Source: Nemertoderma westbladi | Lineage: Eukaryota; Animalia; Xenacoelomorpha | Assembly: GCA_032718475.1 (NCBI GenBank) | Contig: JAUCBJ010000097.1 | Coordinates: 1 to 64,000 of the forward strand | Length of the DNA: 64,000 nucleotides | Reading direction: 5' to 3' | Shown here: piece by piece, positions 1-12,600 of the stretch | How the letters are laid out: every line of letters begins with the position of its first letter | Position numbering within the stretch: the stretch's first letter is position 1 | Notes under the pieces: model-generated | The model's input: only the letters and a program-made list of their open reading frames with translations | The model's database searches: none | Told to the model about the DNA's origin: nothing | Program-made: the position numbers and the translations under genes

Positions 1-165
1 AAAGTACAAGATTGTGCACTGGCTGGTCGTCACGACGAAACAAATGTCCTGCAAAGCGGAAGCGGCTTTGTTTTAGTGTCAAGTTTGTGGAAACCAATGG
101 AACATCTCCAATGTAAGAAGTCAATCAATAATATAAAGTTCCTTCGTGCGGCCGTCAATTCAACA
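1..165 (-). mobile_element. RTE-type LINE 3' fragment (runs off window start)
   Basis: Aligns by eye to 35095-35215 of the RTE copy (aaagtacaagatt.tgcact...aatgtcctgcaaagcgga). Confidence 0.75.
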
Positions 166-2859
166 ATCACAAAATATAAAAATATTTAAATTCCGTGTTT
201 ATATAATATATTGTGTGAGGCCATTTTATTTAGATCTTCAAAACGAATTGACATGAAACATCGATAGGTCAGTGCCATCAATAACAATACAATGATTGTG
301 TTTTGTTATTAAATGAGTTATTTTCATAATAAAATTGATTTTTTCCATTTCATTTGCAACTACTCATTATAAATTCCAATTTCTGAATATCTTTCGCGCC
401 ATAATATTTGCTATTTATCCTTCTGAGAGGCAACATATGTTCTACCATAGAGTAGTGCCACCCTAAAAGCTGCTATAAATACAGTAATAGCTGGGTTGCC
501 TTGACATGGCGTCATTGGCGTCAGTTTGGGTAGCATAGTAGTGCAGTAGAGTTGTGGAGTTATCCCAAATAAAATCGATAATTTCATTTGAATTTCCCAA
601 TTTGGAAGGGTTTTCTCAGTAAATTCGTGGCGTTGCTGGCAGCCACTGTGTGAGACTTAATGTACTGCAGATATACAGTAGATTGGAAAGTTCTACAGAT
701 ATTGAGAATAATTTATTTGAAACAGTTGGAAATACAAGTAAAAATGGGGATCTGATAACGCAATGTAGATTTCTACTAACTTTTTTCACAATATGAAATA
801 AATTTTATAAAATATAAATTATTTTTATTTTTATTGCGCCATGATACACCATTTAGAATAAATTTTGCTATAATATTGTTGTTCTTTGTATAGTCTGATG
901 TTATATACTACAGTATATAACGCAATCATAAATACAAACTTTGCAAGGGAAAATCGCGGACCTATCTGTAACCTGTTCCTTTCCTTTAATTGATAATTAA
1001 AATTATTAATTTTAGCAGATAAATTGGGCTGGGGTTCACTCTTAACGGAAGCTAATTTCATCCCCAACCAATGGAAAAGAGACGCCAATAATTAATGATT
1101 ACCATATAGCTACTAATTACGAGAAAACTTTCGTTTATTGTTTTGGTTCGAATGATGATGATGCTACTGATGCTGCTTTCCCTAAAGTGATAATCAACAC
1201 CGTTAATTCATTGACCGGGACGAGAAATAATTATCCGAGATGGATTTCAGCGGCAATATCCCCCCCCCCTCCCCCCTCCCACCCCGCAACCCCCAGGTAT
1301 CGAGTAATAATAGTCTCACCTCCATTACTAAATAAATGCGTCCTTCCTTCGTTTAAATGTATTATTTACTCCCCTATGAACGATCAATGCGATCCATTAG
1401 ATTTCGATACTACTGGGAAATACCCAATTAAATGTTTTATCGATTTCTTAGGCCGCGAGAATGACCTGTGAATCCGTAATGTGGGAAGAGACTATGGTTT
1501 AAAACCCCCAGAATGGATGTGAGATTGTATAGGATTATCTCATCTCATCACTATTGCTATCGATTACAGCGCGAATGTTTTGAATATTAATAGTTGTATT
1601 ACTTAAGATGTCAGTTTTTATTGTTCAATAAGACATTGTGAGACAGGGGGAGAAACTGGACGCGAAACCCGCCGTGGCGAATTAATATCCCGCCTCAATG
1701 TTAAATTCTCAATTTAGGGAAAGGAGCAGGTTACCGTGGCACGTTAATTTAACCAAAACAATAAATTAGTCGCAATAGAACATGTTACAGTTTTATTTTT
1801 GAGAGTAATCAGCTGTTATTTGCGTCGAATTTCCCCTGGAGAGGGATGAATATTTTTAAGGCGTCCATTCCCCCCCCCCCCCCCTACCCCCTATCAGGAC
1901 ATTGTGTACATAGTAAGATCAAAGATCCGAATATCACATATTTTTTTTATACAGATATTATTTACATTAGATACTGTACAATACATATCGGTTACAACAG
2001 CCTGTAGGTAGAGTGTAGATCAACAAATATAATGAAAAGTGTTTCGAAAAGTACTTCTTTTCAGACTTAAACAGATCTAAATTTTACAATTTCAATAAAA
2101 ACACCCCAATAATCTTGACATAATTATGTAATTTTTTTGCAACTCCAATAAGGTAAATAGTAATAGATATTATTAAAACACATTATCACATTACATAAAA
2201 ATTAACCATAAAGAACAATATCCAAATCGAACATAGCGAACATCTGTTTTAGTACCTAAAACAGAAACTGAGGTTGTTTCAACACTTCTTATTTATCATT
2301 ATAAGTGAGTTTTATCGCCAAATGATCGTTGCTAGTGCCACTTTCCAACACAAACCACTAACTTCAGCTGCAATGCAGTTATTTTCTTATTAAGCATTAA
2401 GCAATTGCAACGCCACACACTTCAGTGAGTTTTTATTTAAATATTGATTGAAAGATTTTGATATCGTTATTTTTTATAAGTATACGGCTTGGAGACCTAC
2501 TTGGTATTCACAACACCCCACTGCACTCTTCCACTACACTTTATCTCACCACAACAGATTGTTTAATATTCCTGCCTGCCATCTCCACCCCAATCTTAAT
2601 AGAAATATGTTGTAACAACAACCAGAGAGGCCGCCCTTCATACTTATCTGCAGTATGTAGGTGCATCTATCAGTATCTTGTTGCTAATCAGAATTCGAAG
2701 AACATAATTATATTGTCCGAATCTCTGATTTCTGAACTCTTTGATGTGTTTCGAATAATATTAATCAACCAAGTTTCATCAAAAGATATATCAAACACTG
2801 AAACATAATGTGTTTCTTCTTCTCTTTAATTAATTCTTAATATTAATAAGCAGTAATTT

Positions 2860-3250
2860 GGTCTACTGGTGACATTGCCTGGCTTATTCAAATGAGGAGG
2901 CCTTGGTTCAATCATTAGATAGGGTACTACTATTTGGGCTCAGTGCTAAAGCTGCATCCTAGCCCAACCCAGGCTTTCATCCTTGACTGGTCGATAAATG
3001 GGAACTAAAGTATCGGAAACATAGTGGAAGATCGGTGCTTTCGACGCAATCAAAATTCATCCCTCTCCAGGGGAAAAGCGACTCAAATAACAAACAGCCG
3101 ATTACTCCTAAATATAATACTGTTAACTGTTTTATTAACTTTCGTTTATTGTTTTGGTTAGAATACAATCTGATGTGACACTGAAGTTTCTTGGCTCGGA
3201 AGATCACCCATGAAGGGAAGAGGCATTCCTCGGCTTAATAACCTGAAAGA
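2860..3250 (+). mobile_element. Degenerate tRNA-derived SINE with Meta-like central domain
   Basis: Worn B-box (ggttcaatc), then cccaacccaggctttcatccttgactggtcgataaatggg, which resembles the reverse complement of the central domain at 44370-44420. Boundaries approximate. Confidence 0.45.
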
Positions 3251-3535
3251 TTTTCCTATTTATTATTCACAATTCTTAATATTATTATTCAATACGATTA
3301 AAATTATTGTATTTTTTAATTTGAAATTTGTATTTCCTTGATTTTTTAATTTCATAATTTGTAATTTTAATTAATAAGTTGCAGACCATCTCTCCTACAA
3401 GATAAAATCTATATGATTCCATGTTCTAGTTTTGGTTTGTCTATCCGTGGAATAATCTACTTGTCGGATTCCTTGCGGTCTTTTATTTAATTTAATTTAA
3501 TTAATTTTTATTTTTTTGTGTTATCTATCCCGCAG

Positions 3536-3751
3536 GTTGATCAATCGATTCAACAAGGCGATATAAAACAGTTATATTTTGAGGATGGGAAACGAAAGAT
3601 CGACTACATTCTGGTGTACGAGGAGCGAATCCGGAAAGAAACAGAGATTGGTAACGCGGGAGAATCGAAGAAAAAGTACTCAAATCGGAACGCGGGACTC
3701 CGAGCGAAGTTTCTTACGGGGTTGAACGAAGCGGGACTCATGATTGAAGAG
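3536..3751 (+). CDS. ANO7: Anoctamin exon (N-terminal cytosolic domain)
   Basis: cgcag|GTT...GAG|gtgaga; 216 nt, phase 0/0; [30 protein letters not shown]...LMIEE. Confidence 0.92.
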
Positions 3752-6700
3752 GTGAGATTATAGGATGATGTATCGACTCAAAATAAAGGAGATATATTGT
3801 ATACATATTTTATTTTAACTATATTTATTACATGGAAAGGAACAATAAAATAGTTATTAGGGTAATCTTAATCCAGTTATTTAAGGAGTCTCACTGTCAG
3901 TGCACGTTGTGCAACAATATAAGAACACGGTTAATTTAACGTTCGCCATATTTAGGAAAATAAGTTGCTTCAGCCGTTAGGCCAGGGATTACTCACAAAT
4001 CTGATGACTTATTTCCCATGCGGTCCCTGAAAATCCTTATTAATTTATCTTTATCTGTCTTTGTGGTTAAATTTCTGGTTTTTTGTATGGAATGCTTTAT
4101 GCTTTACGTTGTACACTGATGGCATGTGTAATGTGTATATATCTCTACATTATGTAAACGTATGTCTATGTTATTTACTAATTTCTGATTGGTTAGGCGG
4201 AAATGAAAGACGACCATAAAAGAATGGTGTTTCAGAAGGTCCACGCGCCATGGGGAGTCATGTGCGACTACGCGGAGGAGTTGAATATGCGGGCGCCGTT
4301 ACAGGTAACCAAAGAGTAGTATTTTATTTGGCGGTATATTGTTTACAATGAACTAAAGTAAACTAACTTATTTGAAAATAAATATGACCTAAGTATTTGA
4401 ACCATTATTGCCCTATATCAATACAAATTAATTGTATTTCAGAAAAATCCGGTTTCACAAATACGTTGGTCCGAACACGTTTTCCGTAGATGCCACATAC
4501 CTAACATCATGTCACTTAGGATGCCTTATGACGTCATCAACTACTATACATGTCAATTCCGGAAAGATAAAATGTCACGGTTGGTATTTGATTATAATGA
4601 TTGATATTTACCTGGATGGAGTGAGATACAGTAATTATTTAGAGAAGGTTTAGCTACACCTAATGAGGCATTAATCATCGGTTCTCCCCTGTTTTGAGTT
4701 CATATTTCTGCAATATGAGATAGAAATATAGGTGACAGTGGTATGTCGTTATGGGAAAGTGATTGTTTGATTGCCTCTTTATATTTTACGTGCAACTCTT
4801 ATCTACAAAAAAGACATTTCAGTATTATTTCATTCAGTACGGAAGTAATGTATACTTTACAGCACTATGAAACTGAACATGGGACGTGAGATTGCTTAGA
4901 TCAATCAATACGGCACTTTTGCAAGGCCTAATATATAATTTTTCATTTTTTTTTATTAATTGGGAAATTTTGCACAATTTTCTAATTTTCGCTCATTTTT
5001 GTGTATGTTTTGAGATCGTTTGGCGATTTTGCACACCTAGCCGATTCAATTTGGAAAAAACTGTTTTTCAACCCGCCCTATAAATACAAAGTTCCCGGAT
5101 CAATGAATCCGAGTAGAGCGTAACAGAAGTCGAGGGAACTTGGTTAGCCACTACTACTACACGGCCTCGCCAGTCTGGGCCATCCCGGCCTCGCCAGTCC
5201 TAGCCTCCCCGGTATCGCTTGTTCCGGATTCGCCAGTCCGGGCCGCAACAGCATCACCAGTTCAGGCCTCTGCGACCACGCCAGTACTGGCCTCCCACGG
5301 TAATGGAAAACAGCCTTTAATTATAAACTCACGCAACATGAAGATCTGCCATATGAACGTTAGATCAATTAATAACAAGGCTGAATATATTCGTGATTAT
5401 ATTCAGGAATATGATATTGACGTGTTTGCAATTACAGAGTCTTGGCTATATGGATCACTGGATGATATTCCGTGTGAGAATTGTAAGCGGATTCAATTCC
5501 CTATATTACCCACCCAGAAATGGGACCAGTGGCATTTCACCAATATAGTTGGCGATGCGAGATTACAAATAATAATCTCGCCTCATAACCAACTCGGGGG
5601 GGGGGGGGGGGGACACACGCCCTAAGCCACAGAGAGAGGTGAGAGGTCAAACCACCTCAGAGGGAGAACCCAGCTAGTCGAGGCTAGCAGCAGGGGGTAA
5701 CACCTACAGGGAGTGCCAAAGTGACAATTAGTATATAAGCCAATAGCGGGCAGGGATGCACGTGGGGAAAGATAGAAGGGCATCCATTGGGTAGCAAAGG
5801 CCAGAGTAGTGTAGAGGTGAAATCAATATGTATGTGTAGCAATCATATAGTTACTCTGATTACTGATTTACCCGTCAGTTCATTAATCACACAGTTGCGG
5901 ACCGGCAATAGTTTTGACCGTCATTTCATATACTGCTGTCATTAATCTGTGTTGCAATTTCTATTATTATTTGTCATACATACTGTGCTATTATCACTGG
6001 AAACATTAATACCGAGAAACACAAACTTTGTTATTTTCCTGAACGGCCTTCGGCCAAAGATATTAGTTCAGCAGCCCAGCAGCGAAGTGACGCGTACAAC
6101 CTTATCCAGTCGGGATCATATAACTCAATCCCGTCACAAGAATATCCTCTCCAACAATACTGGTTACAGTATGAAACATTATCCTAGGATCAAGAGTGAA
6201 GTGGCGTCAATTGGCGGTGGAGTAGCTTGTATTTTTAAGGATGAACTGAAGCTAAGAGACCAAGCTAATAAATCTAATAAATGGCACCATGGTAAATTGA
6301 TATATATGTCGTTTGAGTACATGGAATTCCGTTTTTCGGGTACAGATAACTGTCAGTTTTTTATGGTAATTATATACAGAATTTGTCCCTCTGTAAAGAA
6401 CAAGCTAACTGTAGCGACATTTATCAACGAGTTTTCTGAATTTCTGCAAGATCTAGTAATAAATCCAGGCGAATTGAATATGCTGGGTGATTTTAACTTT
6501 CACGTTAATGATCTCAATGATAGCGAAGCAACACAGTTTTTGGACGTATGTGAATGTTTTGGCTTGCATCAACTTGTCACTAAACCAACTCATAGATCTG
6601 GAAACACATTGGACTTATTACTTGTCCGAGATGTGTCTTTATCGAGATTGAACAACATATTAGTTGAAGATATTGGTTTATCTGACCACTATCTGATATC

Positions 6701-9659
6701 CTTTGATATGACCTTCAAAAAACCGGATTCATTAGCGCTGAAAAGGTGGTGTAGAGATCTAAATGGGATCAATATGAATAGATTCGTTTCTGATCTTCAA
6801 TGGAGCACGAGTAATCTTTGAGCAGGGAACATTAATGACGATCACTCAATTGATACCATTGTAGCCAACTATGAAGAAACTCTCATTAGTTTATTGGATT
6901 CGCATGCACCTCTACAGCACCTCTGAAACGAGCAAACCAGCCATTATGGTACAATGCTGAGATTGCTAATGCTAAAAGGAAAAGACAGCGGTTAGAGAGG
7001 CAATATAGAAAATCGAAGTTGGAAGTCCATAAGTTTGCTTTCCGCGAGCAGTGTATTGTTATCAGCAATATGATTTCAGCAGCTAAGAAGGATTATTACT
7101 CTTCTGCGGTGCGTCGGAATGGTGGGAATCAACGACAATTATTTAAGGTTGTAAACAAACTTGTTACGACTAATTTGAGTGGTATTCTACCACAACGAGA
7201 TAGTGACGAGGCACTGGCAAATAACTTTGCTGATTTCTTCGAAAACAAGATTGAAACTATACATTCTGAATTGTCTGGGTGCGATGAGAATATGTTTAGC
7301 GAAGATAGTAGTGAATCAACGGTAAATAACTCTACTCAACAAACTTTTTCTGGTACACCTCTTACAGAGCTTCAGCCAGTCACAGTTGAGGATGTGGAAC
7401 TACTGATAAAAGATGTAAACTTAAAAACGGGCCCATCTGATCCACTTCCTTCGAAGATGCTCAGAGGATCCATGAGTGTTCTATTACCATTATTGGTACA
7501 CCAAAATTAGGGCGTGGTACTTTTTCAAAATTTGAATAAGTGCCACTCCCTAATTTTGGTGCACCAAAAATGCCGAACCACTAAGTCTTCAGGCTTCGAT
7601 AATATTTTCAATCGATTCAGCGGTCTAGAAAACCTATAAAAACGCGTTGAAATCAACAGATGGGGGCTTTTTCCGAACATCGTATTTTTTAAAATTTGAA
7701 GAGCCACGCCCACTTCTTAGGTGCACGAAAAATAGCATCCAGTTCAATTTTCGGAAATGGAATATAATTACATTCGATTCAGCGTAGTGAAAAACCTACT
7801 AATGCTAGCCAACAATGCCACACTATCAGTTTTTAGAATATAAAAAAAAATTATTTTTGTCCTGGGACTACTTCTATTTTTCATGAAAATTATTATACCC
7901 ACCTTATGAAATTTTCATTTTTTGGATTTGAAAATGTTCTTCGATAATTTTTTCACCTACAGCCCAAATTTCGTAGGATTTTATTGGATAATTACAAAAA
8001 TACAGCGGGGGGGCCGAATCGACCCCCGCCAGTGCTGCTAATGGTCTAAACACCCCAGTGGTAATATGGTTAAGGGGAGATGGTACCCCAGAACTTTTCA
8101 AATATTGAAAATTTTCGAAATTGTTTTTTATTAATTCTAAATCAGAATTTAACGTAGATTTCAGAAATCAAATTCCTAACATCACATCATAAGCTTAAGT
8201 TGTCTGTTTTTCTGTTTGTCTGTCTATTGGTCTGTTTTTCTGTTTGTCAACAAAATATAAAAATGTACACATCCTAATTAAAATCATTGCTACATGGGTT
8301 TTCGTGGTCGCGAATTTCATTTCCGGGGTCAGTTTTCAAATTTGACGAAATCTAGTTTCTCTGTCTGTTTGTCCGTCTGTCGGTCTGTCTGTCAAAAACA
8401 TAACGAATCACACTACGTAACTAAAATTTTCACTGTAGGGGTTTTTAAGGTCGGTGATTTCATTTCTGGTGTTATCTTTCCTGTTTGGAGGAGTCTATTA
8501 TGCCTGTATATTTGTCTGTCAGTCGATCTGTCTGTCAAGAAAGACATCAGACAGACTTAAACAGACAGTCTAGGTTCAAGCAATTATTAAAAATGACATG
8601 GGAAATGAAATCAGCGTCTAGGAAGACAACCATATCAGAAATTATAGTAAAGTGATGTGTTTACTTATATTTTATCTGTGACACCGACAGTAAGTCAAAC
8701 AGACAGACAGACAGACAGATAGACATACAGACAGTCCAAATGTCATCAAACATTAAAGCATGTATTAGAAATGAAATCAGCGACTAGGAAAACCCCCATA
8801 TCTGAAATTTTATTCAGGTGACATGCCTCCTTATATTTTGACTGACAGACAGACAGACATAAAAACAGACAAACAGACATTCTAGGTTCAGTCAAATATT
8901 AAAATTGACATGGAAATGGAATCAGCGACTAGGAAAATCCCCATATCATAAATTATAGTAAAGTGGTGTGCTTACTTATTTATTGTCTGTGAGATTGACA
9001 GTCAGACAGAAAGAATGACAGACAAACAGACAGACAGGCATTCCAGATATCATCAAACATTAAAACAGATATCAGAAATGAATTCAGCGACTACGAAAAC
9101 CCTTAAATTGTAAATTTGGTTCGCTGGAGTAGTTTATTATATTTTGGCTTATTTTTGAAATTTCCCGCGTTTTACATAAAATTAGCGGGAAGGTTTGAAA
9201 ACTTAAAATGCGTTTTTCTCGACATCTTATTTTTCGTTAAATTTAGAAATAAATGCACCTTTTTCTCGACAACGGCTTGATGGAATTGGCTGAAATTTTC
9301 GCAGCAGGTTTGTTGTATTGAGACACAATTGTGGAACCTCTAAAAACTATGTTTAAAACAATTATCAAATGTATTTATTTCTAATATAAACCTCGAAAAT
9401 TTGTCATTTTTTGGTTTTTGGTGCAATTAAGTGACCCTCAAACAAAGACACAGAAAACATTTTTTTTAGGTTCCAGGTGTGTCTCGATAGTTACTCCGCC
9501 ATTCTGGAAATTTTCATGAAATTCCATCTTGTAGAACCAGCGTAATGAGTGGTTAATAGTAAAATGTATATGGGGATAGCCTGGGGTACCATCTCCCCCC
9601 ACAACTCCCTATCCCCCATGACTTTCGCATGATTATCTGCATCTTCAAGGCCAGTTTCG

Positions 9660-9697
<38 letters not shown>

Positions 9698-12600
9698 ATA
9701 TAGCGCTCTTCTGAGCCAGTTTCAGAGCGCTTAAAAAATAAATATAAAAGTTATAATCATAAAAATTAAAAAACATGGATGTGATTAATCTTTGATCCAT
9801 CGTCGACTGAGTCACCGTCTGTGTCCGTTCAGTTTTACTGAACACTGTCGCCGTATTTTCTTTGCTAATTTTCTGTAAAATGTCTTCTATAGGACGTATG
9901 GAATACAGTCTGACACGTTAAACAATTTATTTACATACAGTAGCTAGTCCCGTTACTTCAAACTGCACGCACGCATTATGGAAACACGGGCTGATTATTG
10001 AATAAAGCAGCACGCATTAATATAAATGGAAATAATACATTCTGGAATACGGTAATTTAAGTTGTTTCCATGTCATTGATTACTTTGCAGCGTCCCGTCC
10101 TATATGCCGCAACGCTGCAAAGTAGTACTTTGCAGCGTTACGAGTAATTCACCAGAACGCTGTTAAGAATTGACATAATGTAACAAAATAATTTAAAAGA
10201 GTCAACATTAAGTAATGTAAATAATTGATAATGAAGGGGCATCTTCAGGAAAGTCATGGGCTGTCCACCACGCCTATTTTCTCCATGGGACTGCGAAAGC
10301 ACAGGATTGAGCCCATGCTGGACCTAACGGCGAAAGCAAAAGCAAAGCAACCAATGAGACACCTCTGTAAAAGCTTTTGCGTAATTAGCCGGTTATTTTC
10401 CCGTAAAGTACTCTGTAGTTGGTTTACCAGGCATAAAAAGGCCGTGTCCTTACTGTACTGGTGTTTTAAAGGACATAAAAGTCATTTCTTCTGTATGTGT
10501 ACTTTAAAGGACATAATCCGTAATTTCGTGACGCAATAGCTGGATACTCTTGAAAACAGTGTCGCTACCATGACGACGGCTAGCAGCTGATATTGCCACG
10601 TCGACAGTTCTTTGTTTCTTTGTTCTCTCGTTGTTCGGTTAACCAATCAGAGCGTTTTTATGGCTCTTGTACAGAAATTTCCGAGAAATCACGTAATGCA
10701 TTATGGGCAGTGTTATCATTCAGTCCTGAGCCAAGGAAGAACGGCTTTGGAGTATTTTGTGCTTTTCTGCTTTAGCCTTACACTAGTAGGCTTAATTATA
10801 AGGACATATATCCGTTATCTGGGTAACTCAATGTTATCTGCACTGGTTAACACTGGTTAACTGGCCCATACTGTGCAACTTAACTTAACATTACTGCTTT
10901 GCTGTCGGTTATTCATTATATTTGTTGATGAATTATTATATTTGGAATAACGAGAAATAACCCCGAAACCCAATATTCTTGATATACCGAAGGTAAGAGA
11001 GAAAGGTTACATATAACGATTGCGACTTATGTTAAAGTGGTTTGAAGTGAATCTAATGTTATTTGATAGACCCTACATGAGTCGGTCTGTGTTCCTTTTA
11101 TATGTGACTAAAATCAGTGAAGATCGGCAGATTAGTGTGCAGTATTGTGCAGCATTGTGTATGAGTGAGACTGATAACGAAGCATTTCCTAAAGAATGCG
11201 CCATATATGTGAATTGTAACTAAGCCATATCGTTGTGAGTAGTTTAAGTCATAACTCTGTTTATATAGACAGAGCGCCACGTCCTAAAGGAACTGTTAAT
11301 ATTCCCCGAAGGTGAATAATATTGTCAGAGATTATATAATACTGTCAGTCGAATAATACATTAGGCTTACATAGCAATACGATTAAGCCGTCGAAGTCAA
11401 TCTCCCGGGTATATCCAACGGGTGAATGATCGCGCACAGATTGGTTTCAACTAGTGTAGTGAATCAAATACTTGTCAGAGGCTAAAGCGATTTATTATCT
11501 AGAAGACATCCTAATTTGGCGGGTTAAACTGCCAAAGGTCTGAAAGCGCGAACAATAACGGATATAGCTTCTGGATTGCGGTGTAAGCAATCTAGTCGAA
11601 AGTACCGGTCGACCGGAAACCAAGTAGGCCTGACTACCTAACCACCCGGACCGGTACATATAGCAGTACAAGTACAGCAGTATTATTCGATTTTGATAAT
11701 TATAAGCCGGTAGGTCTTAATAATTAATCGGGGACGCCTGGTTTTTATTGGGATTTTACTTAGGCCTATTTCTGTCAGTTTTATTTATTTGTAGGCCAGT
11801 ATTGAGCAGAAGGCGTGTAAGCCCGCTCAGATTGTACAGATAATTTGTAGGCTTGACTGTTGTCTGATTGTTGTTAAGTCTGAACGGATTGCAGTGTGTG
11901 TAGATCATCTGTCCGATAAAGAACGGTTAGGAAGTAGGGGCAGCAAAAGCTGTAAGGTAAACCCCCAACTAAAGAATAAGTCGTACTACTGGGTTAGAAC
12001 GCATACTACCTAATCATTTCGGAGTCTGCATGTCCTGTAGTTTATTTAGGCTTGAGAGTAGTCTGCCATCGTTGAGTCTGTACTTTGTTTGTGTAAGTCT
12101 GTACGGGTAGCGTATAATATTTATTTAGATAATTTGTAGGCTGGATAGTTGTCTGGCTGTTATTAGGTCTGAACGGATTGCAGTGTGTGTAGGGCCTCTG
12201 TCCGATAAAGAACGGTTAGGAAGTAGGGGCAGCCAATGCTGTAAGGTAAACCCCCAACTAAAGAATAAGTCGTACTACTGGGTTAGAACGCATACTACCT
12301 AATCATTTCGGAGTCTGCATGTCCTGTAGTTTATTTAGGCTTGATAGTAGTCTGTCAGTGTTTGGTCTGCATTTTGTTTGAGTGGTTTGTACGCGTAGCG
12401 TAATATTTATTATTCAGAGTTTATGCGATTATTCGCAACATTCATTCCCCAAGTTTGTTCCTACAATAATTGTGTTTGTTATACATACCGTTATAGTTAA
12501 ACTAACCCCGGTACTATACGGGCTGCTCGGCGTAGGTAAAGACTGGTGATTTTGTGCACCGGTCACTCCAGCAGATACCGTGGTTCTTTTAGCTGTTCAA

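Noticed and set aside
1452-1518. Possible upstream anoctamin exon ending ATG GAT|gtgaga
   Set aside because: Splice signals and phase 0 are compatible, but there is no homology support; needs RNA-seq.
10225-11280. Small ORFs repeated at 21251-22207 and 45343-45594
   Set aside because: They recur only because they lie in LTRs; non-ATG starts and no recognisable motifs.
11838-11965. Spliced-leader or Sm-class snRNA (AAUUUGUAG plus aag|gtaaac)
   Set aside because: The Sm-like motif lies upstream of the donor, the reverse of SL RNA order, and is altered in one BEL-2 copy; better read as an acceptor.
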